NCBI GenBank assembly: GCA_964057225.1 | Contig: OZ059898.1 | Location: forward strand, 744,001-808,000 | Direction: 5' to 3' | Length of the DNA stretch: 64,000 nt | From: Auanema rhodensis | Lineage: Eukaryota > Animalia > Nematoda | Shown: piece by piece, positions 56,201-64,000 of the stretch | How the letters are laid out: each line of letters begins with the position of its first letter | Position numbering within the stretch: position 1 is the stretch's first letter | Position numbers and translations under genes: made by a program | The notes under the pieces: generated by a model | The model's input: the letters and a program-made list of their open reading frames with translations, nothing else | Told to the model about the DNA's origin: nothing | Databases searched by the model: none

Positions 56201-58899
56201 TGTCCATCGTCTTTGCCTTGAAAAAAGGAATCTAAAAACATGTACTTTTTGCTAAATTATTTTGAAATTTTCCGAAAAAATTTTTGTCAAAATGTTTTTG
56301 GAAGCAATGTTGAGTGTAGATAGAAACTCAACATACACTAATGCATCATTTTTCAAACGAATATAACTAATTTTTGTATTAAGCGTTTCTCAATGTCGTA
56401 TAGTGCATTCGATGCGGATTTTTAAGCTGCGTCGATCTGTGTTATCAGATTTGCGCTAGCTTAAAAATGCACCGAGATATCAACTGATATAAGTTCACAC
56501 TTATATCCTCGATTTTCACCCTGAAGAATTAATTTTTTTGTTGAATAACATTGTCCATCGTCTTTGCCTTTAAAAAAGGAATCTAAAAACATCTACTTTT
56601 TGCTAAATTATCTTGAAATTTTTCGAAAAAATTTTTGTCAAAATGTTTTTGGAAGCAATGTTGAGTGTACATAGAAACTCAACATACACTAATGCATCAT
56701 TTTTCAAACGATCATAACTAATTTTTGTATTAAGCGTTTCTCAATGTAGTATAGTGCATTCGATGCGGATTTTTAAGCTGTGTCGATCTGTGTTATCAGA
56801 TTTGCGCTAGCTTAAAAATGCACCGAGATATCAACTGATATAAGTTCACACTTATATCCTCGATTTTCACCCTGAAGAATTAATTTTTTCGTTGAATAAC
56901 ATTGTCCATCGTCTTTGCCTTGAAAAAAGGAATCTAAAAACATCTACTTTTTGCTAAATTATCTTGAAATTTTTCGAAAAAATTTTTGTCAAAATGTTTT
57001 TGGAAGCAATGTTGAGTGTACATGGAAACTCAACATACACTAATGCATCATTTTTCAAACGATCATAACTAATTTTTGTATTAAGCGTTTCTCAATGTCG
57101 TATAGTGCATTCGATGCGGATTTTTAAGCTGCGTCGATCTGTGTTATCAGATTTGCGCTAGCTTAAAAATGCACCGAGATATCAACTGATATAAGTTCAC
57201 ACTTATATCCTCGATTTTCACCCTGAAGAATTAATTTTTTCGTTGAATAACATTGTCCATCGTCTTTGCCTTGAAAAAAGGAATCTAAAAACATCTACTT
57301 TTTGCTAAATTATTTCGAAATTTTTCGAAAAAATTTTTGTCAAAATGTTTTTGGAAGCAATGTTGAGTGTACAAGGAAACTCAACATACACTAATGCATC
57401 ATTTTTCAAACGATCATAACTAATTTTTGTATTAAGCGTTTCTCAATGTAGTATAGTGCATTCGATGCGGATTTTTAAGCTGCGTCGATCTGTGTTATCA
57501 GATTTGCGCTAGCTTAAAAATGCACCGAGATATCAACTGATATAAGTTCACACTTATATCCTCGATTTTCACCCTGAAGAATTAATTTTTTCGTTGAATA
57601 ACATTGTCCATCGTCTTTGCCTTGAAAAAAGGAATCTAAAAACATCTACTTTTTGCCAAATTATTTTGAAATTTTTCGAAAAAATTTTTGTCAAAATGTT
57701 TTTGGAAGCAATGTTGAGTGTACATGGAAACTCAACATACACTAATGCATCATTTTTCAAACGATCATAACTAATTTTTGTATTAAGCGTTTCTCAATGT
57801 AGTATAGTGCATTCGATGCGGATTTTTAAGCTGCGTCGATCTGTATTATCAGATTTGCGCTAGCTTAAAAATGCACCGAGATATCAACTGATATAAGTTC
57901 ACACTTATATCCTCGATTTTCACCCTGAAGAATTAATTTTTTTGTTGAATAACATTGTCCATCGTCTTTGCCTTGAAAAAAGGAATCTAAAAACATGTAC
58001 TTTTTGCTAAATTATTTTGAAATTTTCCGAAAAAATTTTTGTCAAAATGTTTTTGGAAGCAATGTTGAGTGTAGATAGAAACTCAACATACACTAATGCA
58101 TCATTTTTCAAACGAATATAACTAATTTTTGTATTAAGCGTTTCTCAATGTCGTATAGTGCATTCGATGCGGATTTTTAAGCTGCGTCGATCTGTGTTAT
58201 CAGATTTGCGCTAGCTTAAAAATGCACCGAGATATCAACTGATATAAGTTCACACTTATATCCTCGATTTTCACCCTGAAGAATTAATTTTTTTGTTGAA
58301 TAACATTGTCCATCGTCTTTGCCTTTAAAAAAGGAATCTAAAAACATCTACTTTTTGCTAAATTATCTTGAAATTTTTCGAAAAAATTTTTGTCAAAATG
58401 TTTTTGGAAGCAATGTTGAGTGTACATAGAAACTCAACATACACTAATGCATCATTTTTCAAACGATCATAACTAATTTTTGTATTAAGCGTTTCTCAAT
58501 GTAGTATAGTGCATTCGATGCGGATTTTTAAGCTGTGTCGATCTGTGTTATCAGATTTGCGCTAGCTTAAAAATGCACCGAGATATCAACTGATATAAGT
58601 TCACACTTATATCCTCGATTTTCACCCTGAAGAATTAATTTTTTCGTTGAATAACATTGTCCATCGTCTTTGCCTTGAAAAAAGGAATCTAAAAACATCT
58701 ACTTTTTGCTAAATTATTTTGAAATTTTTCGAAAAAATTTTTGTCAAAATGTTTTTGGAAGCAATGTTGAGTGTACATGGAAACTCAACATACACTAATG
58801 CATCATTTTTCAAACGATCATAACTAATTTTTGTATTAAGCGTTTCTCAATGTAGTATAGTGCATTCGATGCGGATTTTTAAGCTGCGTCGATCTGTGT

Positions 58900-61800
58900 T
58901 ATCAGATTTGCGCTAGCTTAAAAATGCACCGAGATATCAACTGATATAAGTTCACACTTATATCCTCGATTTTCACCCTGAAGAATTAATTTTTTTGTTG
59001 AATAACATTGTCCATCGTCTTTGCCTTGAAAAAAGGAATCTAAAAACATGTACTTTTTGCTAAATTATTTTGAAATTTTCCGAAAAAATTTTTGTCAAAA
59101 TGTTTTTGGAAGCAATGTTGAGTGTACATAGAAACTCAACATACACTAATGCATCATTTTTCAAACGATCATAACTAATTTTTGTATTAAGCGTTTCTCA
59201 ATGTCGTATAGTGCATTCGATGCGGATTTTTAAGCTATCCTCGATTTTCACCCTGAAGAATTAATTTTTTCGTTGAATAACATTGTCCATCGTCTTTGCC
59301 TTGAAAAAAGGAATCTAAAAACATCTACTTTTTGCTAAATTATTTCGAAATTTTTCGAAAAAATTTTTGTCAAAATGTTTTTGGAAGCAATGTTGAGTGT
59401 ACAAGGAAACTCAACATACACTAATGCATCATTTTTCAAACGATCATAACTAATTTTTGTATTAAGCGTTTCTCAATGTAGTATAGTGCATTCGATGCGG
59501 ATTTTTAAGCTGCGTCGATCTGTGTTATCAGATTTGCGCTAGCTTAAAAATGCACCGAGATATCAACTGATATAAGTTCACACTTATATCCTCGATTTTC
59601 ACCCTGAAGAATTAATTTTTTCGTTGAATAACATTGTCCATCGTCTTTGCCTTGAAAAAAGGAATCTAAAAACATCTACTTTTTGCCAAATTATTTTGAA
59701 ATTTTTCGAAAAAATTTTTGTCAAAATGTTTTTGGAAGCAATGTTGAGTGTAAATGGAAACTCAACATACACTAATGCATCATTTTTCAAACGATCATAA
59801 CTAATTTTTGTATTAAGCGTTTCTCAATGTAGTATAGTGCATTCGATGCGGATTTTTAAGCTGCGTCGATCTGTGTTATCAGATTTGCGCTAGCTTAAAA
59901 ATGCACCGAGATATCAACTGATATAAGTTCACACTTATATCCTCGATTTTCACCCTGAAGAATTAATTTTTTTGTTGAATAACATTGTCCATCGTCTTTG
60001 CCTTGAAAAAAGGAATCTAAAAACATGTACTTTTTGCTAAATTATTTTGAAATTTTCCGAAAAAATTTTTGTCAAAATGTTTTTGGAAGCAATGTTGAGT
60101 GTACATAGAAACTCAACATACACTAATGCATCATTTTTCAAACGATCATAACTAATTTTTGTATTAAGCGTTTCTCAATGTCGTATAGTGCATTCGATGC
60201 GGATTTTTAAGCTATCCTCGATTTTCACCCTGAAGAATTAATTTTTTCGTTGAATAACATTGTCCATCGTCTTTGCCTTGAAAAAAGGAATCTAAAAACA
60301 TCTACTTTTTGCTAAATTATTTCGAAATTTTTCGAAAAAATTTTTGTCAAAATGTTTTTGGAAGCAATGTTGAGTGTACAAGGAAACTCAACATACACTA
60401 ATGCATCATTTTTCAAACGATCATAACTAATTTTTGTATTAAGCGTTTCTCAATGTAGTATAGTGCATTCGATGCGGATTTTTAAGCTGCGTCGATCTGT
60501 GTTATCAGATTTGCGCTAGCTTAAAAATGCACCGAGATATCAACTGATATAAGTTCACACTTATATCCTCGATTTTCACCCTGAAGAATTAATTTTTTCG
60601 TTGAATAACATTGTCCATCGTCTTTGCCTTGAAAAAAGGAATCTAAAAACATCTACTTTTTGCCAAATTATTTTGAAATTTTTCGAAAAAATTTTTGTCA
60701 AAATGTTTTTGGAAGCAATGTTGAGTGTAAATGGAAACTCAACATACACTAATGCATCATTTTTCAAACGATCATAACTAATTTTTGTATTAAGCGTTTC
60801 TCAATGTAGTATAGTGCATTCGATGCGGATTTTTAAGCTGCGTCGATCTGTGTTATCAGATTTGCGCTAGCTTAAAAATGCACCGAGATATCAACTGATA
60901 TAAGTTCACACTTATATCCTCGATTTTCACCCTGAAGAATTAATTTTTTTGTTGAATAACATTGTCCATCGTCTTTGCCTTGAAAAAAGGAATCTAAAAA
61001 CATGTACTTTTTGCTAAATTATTTTGAAATTTTCCGAAAAAATTTTTGTCAAAATGTTTTTGGAAGCAATGTTGAGTGTACATAGAAACTCAACATACAC
61101 TAATGCATCATTTTTCAAACGATCATAACTAATTTTTGTATTAAGCGTTTCTCAATGTAGTATAGTGCATTCGATGCGGATTTTTAAGCTGTGTCGATCT
61201 GTGTTATCAGATTTGCGCTAGCTTAAAAATGCACCGAGATATCAACTGATATAAGTTCACACTTATATCCTCGATTTTCACCCTGAAGAATTAATTTTTT
61301 CGTTGAATAACATTGTCCATCGTCTTTGCATTGAAAAAAGGAATCTAAAAACATCTACTTTTTGCTAAATTATCTTGAAATTTTTCGAAAAAATTTTTGT
61401 CAAAATGTTTTTGGAAGCAATGTTGAGTGTACATGGAAACTCAACATACACTAATGCATCATTTTTCAAACGATCATAACTAATTTTTGTATTAAGCGTT
61501 TCTCAATGTCGTATAGTGCATTCGATGCGGATTTTTAAGCTATCCTCGATTTTCACCCTGAAGAATTAATTTTTTCGTTGAATAACATTGTCCATCGTCT
61601 TTGCCTTGAAAAAAGGAATCTAAAAACATCTACTTTTTGCTAAATTATTTCGAAATTTTTCGAAAAAATTTTTGTCAAAATGTTTTTGGAAGCAATGTTG
61701 AGTGTACAAGGAAACTCAACATACACTAATGCATCATTTTTCAAACGATCATAACTAATTTTTGTATTAAGCGTTTCTCAATGTAGTATAGTGCATTCGA

Positions 61801-62350
61801 TGCGGATTTTTAAGCTGCGTCGATCTGTGTTATCAGATTTGCGCTAGCTTAAAAATGCACCGAGATATCAACTGATATAAGTTCACACTTATATCCTCGA
61901 TTTTCACCCTGAAGAATTAATTTTTTCGTTGAATAACATTGTCCATCGTCTTTGCCTTGAAAAAAGGAATCTAAAAACATCTACTTTTTGCCAAATTATT
62001 TTGAAATTTTTCGAAAAAATTTTTGTCAAAATGTTTTTGGAAGCAATGTTGAGTGTACATGGAAACTCAACATACACTAATGCATCATTTTTCAAACGAT
62101 CATAACTAATTTTTGTATTAAGCGTTTCTCAATGTAGTATAGTGCATTCGATGCGGATTTTTAAGCTGCGTCGATCTGTGTTATCAGATTTGCGCTAGCT
62201 TAAAAATGCACCGAGATATCAACTGATATAAGTTCACACTTATATCCTCGATTTTCACCCTGAAGAATTAATTTTTTTGTTGAATAACATTGTCCATCGT
62301 CTTTGCCTTGAAAAAAGGAATCTAAAAACATGTACTTTTTGCTAAATTAT
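58900..62350. repeat. 3-mer (977 bp) and 4-mer (1328 bp) higher-order repeats containing deleted monomers at 59063-59337, 60040-60314 and 61368-61642
   Basis: Deletion junctions 59236/60213/61541 and GCCAAA variants 59687/60664/61992 share spacings of 977 (2x351+275) and 1328 (3x351+275). Confidence 0.9.
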
Positions 62351-64000
62351 TTTGAAATTTTCCGAAAAAATTTTTGTCAAAATGTTTTTGGAAGCAATGT
62401 TGAGTGTACATGGAAACTCAACATACACTAATGCATCATTTTTCAAACGATCATAACTAATTTTTGTATTAAGCGTTTCTCAATGTCGTATAGTGCATTC
62501 GATGCGGATTTTTAAGCTGCGTCGATCTGTGTTATCAGATTTGCGCTAGCTTAAAAATGCACCGAGATATCAACTGATATAAGTTCACACTTATATCCTC
62601 GATTTTCACCCTGAAGAATTAATTTTTTCGTTGAATAACATTGTCCATCGTCTTTGCCTTGAAAAAAGGAATCTAAAAACATGTACTTTTTGCTAAATTA
62701 TTCTGAAATTTTCCGAAAAAATTTTTGTCAAAATGTTTTTGGAAGCAATGTTGAGTGTACATAGAAACTCAACATACACTAATGCATCATTTTTCAAACG
62801 ATCATAACTAATTTTTGTATTAAGCGATTCTCAATGTAGTATAGTGCATTCGATGCGGATTTTTGAGCTGCGTCGTTCTGTGTTATCAGATTTGCGCTAG
62901 CTTAAAAATGCACCGAGATATCAACTGATATAAGTTCACACTTATATCCTCGATTTTCACCCTGAAGAATTAATTTTTTCGTTGAATAACATTGTCCATC
63001 GTCTTTGCCTTGAAAAATGGAATCTACAAACATCTACTTTTTGCTAAATTATTTCGAAATTTTTCGAAAAAATTTTTGTCAAAATGTTTTTGGAAGCAAT
63101 GTTGAGTGTACATGGAAACTCAACATACACTAATGCATCATTTTTCAAACGATCATAACTAATTTTTGTATTAAGCGTTTCTCAATGTAGTATAGTGCAT
63201 TCGATGCGGATTTTTAAGCTGCGTCGATCTGTGTTATCAGATTTGCGCTAGCTTAAAAATGCACCGAGATATCAACTGATATAAGTTCACACTTATATCC
63301 TCGATTTTCACCCTGAAGAATTAATTTTTTTGTTGAATAACATTGTCCATCGTCTTTGCCTTGAAAAAAGGAATCTAAAAACATGTACTTTTTGCTAAAT
63401 TATTTTGAAATTTTCCGAAAAAATTTTTGTCAAAATGTTTTTGGAAGCAATGTTGAGTGTACATAGAAACTCAACATACACTAATGCATCATTTTTCAAA
63501 CGATCATAACTAATTTTTGTATTAAGCGTTTCTCAATGTAGTATAGTGCATTCGATGCGGATTTTTAAGCTGTGTCGATCTGTGTTATCAGATTTGCGCT
63601 AGCTTAAAAATGCACCGAGATATCAACTGATATAAGTTCACACTTATATCCTCGATTTTCACCCTGAAGAATTAATTTTTTCGTTGAATAACATTGTCCA
63701 TCGTCTTTGCCTTGAAAAAAGGAATCTAAAAACATCTACTTTTTGCTAAATTATTTTGAAATTTTTCGAAAAAATTTTTGTCAAAATGTTTTTGGAAGCA
63801 ATGTTGAGTGTACATGGAAACTCAACATACACTAATGCATCATTTTTCAAACGATCATAACTAATTTTTGTATTAAGCGTTTCTCAATGTAGTATAGTGC
63901 ATTCGATTCGGATTTTTAAGCTGCGTCGATCTGTGTTATCAGATTTGCGCTAGCTTAAAAATGCACCGAGATATCAACTGATATAAGTTCACACTTATAT

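Larger units (their letters stand above)
1..64000. repeat. Tandem satellite DNA array, 351-bp AT-rich monomer, ~184-185 head-to-tail copies, running off both ends of the window
   Basis: AATTATCTTGAAATTTTTCG at 1 recurs at 352, 1054 and so on, with period 351 (monomer 23 starts at 7723 = 22x351+1). Distances between rare markers are sums of 351 and 275, plus or minus 1-bp indels. I saw no non-satellite sequence and no orientation switch. Confidence 0.99.

Noticed and set aside
57569-62095. Four 63-aa minus-strand ORFs (57569-57760, 59599-59790, 60576-60767, 61904-62095)
   Set aside because: They are ordinary monomers with a single T>C change (GCTAAA>GCCAAA at 57657, 59687, 60664, 61992) that turns a minus-strand TAG into TGG. 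The other ~180 copies keep the stop. The peptide reflects A/T tracts (rich in F, K, I, N) and has no recognisable domain.
1-64000. CRISPR array or repeat-spacer cassette system
   Set aside because: There are no unique spacers, because the whole 351-bp unit is repeated, and there are no cas or other genes.

Overview
The whole 64-kb window is one uninterrupted head-to-tail satellite DNA array. The monomer is 351 bp and about 32% GC (111/351 by hand count). There are roughly 184-185 monomers, all in the same orientation and typically differing at only a few positions. I see no genes, RNA genes, transposon insertions or array boundary. The four 63-aa minus-strand ORFs are satellite monomers in which one T>C change removes a stop codon. 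This looks like eukaryotic (peri)centromeric or heterochromatic satellite. It is not CpG-depleted, so an invertebrate host is plausible, but I do not recognise the family. The informative structure is internal. (i) Eleven 275-bp monomers share an identical 76-bp deletion. (ii) Local higher-order duplications of 2-15 monomers can be read from rare variants. (iii) The same ordered series of rare variants occurs twice about 34-43 kb apart, which suggests an older large duplication. (iv) The monomer is tiled with dyad symmetries and A/T tracts. (v) A ~50-bp block shows no point variants by eye. I found no evidence for a new gene-encoded system.
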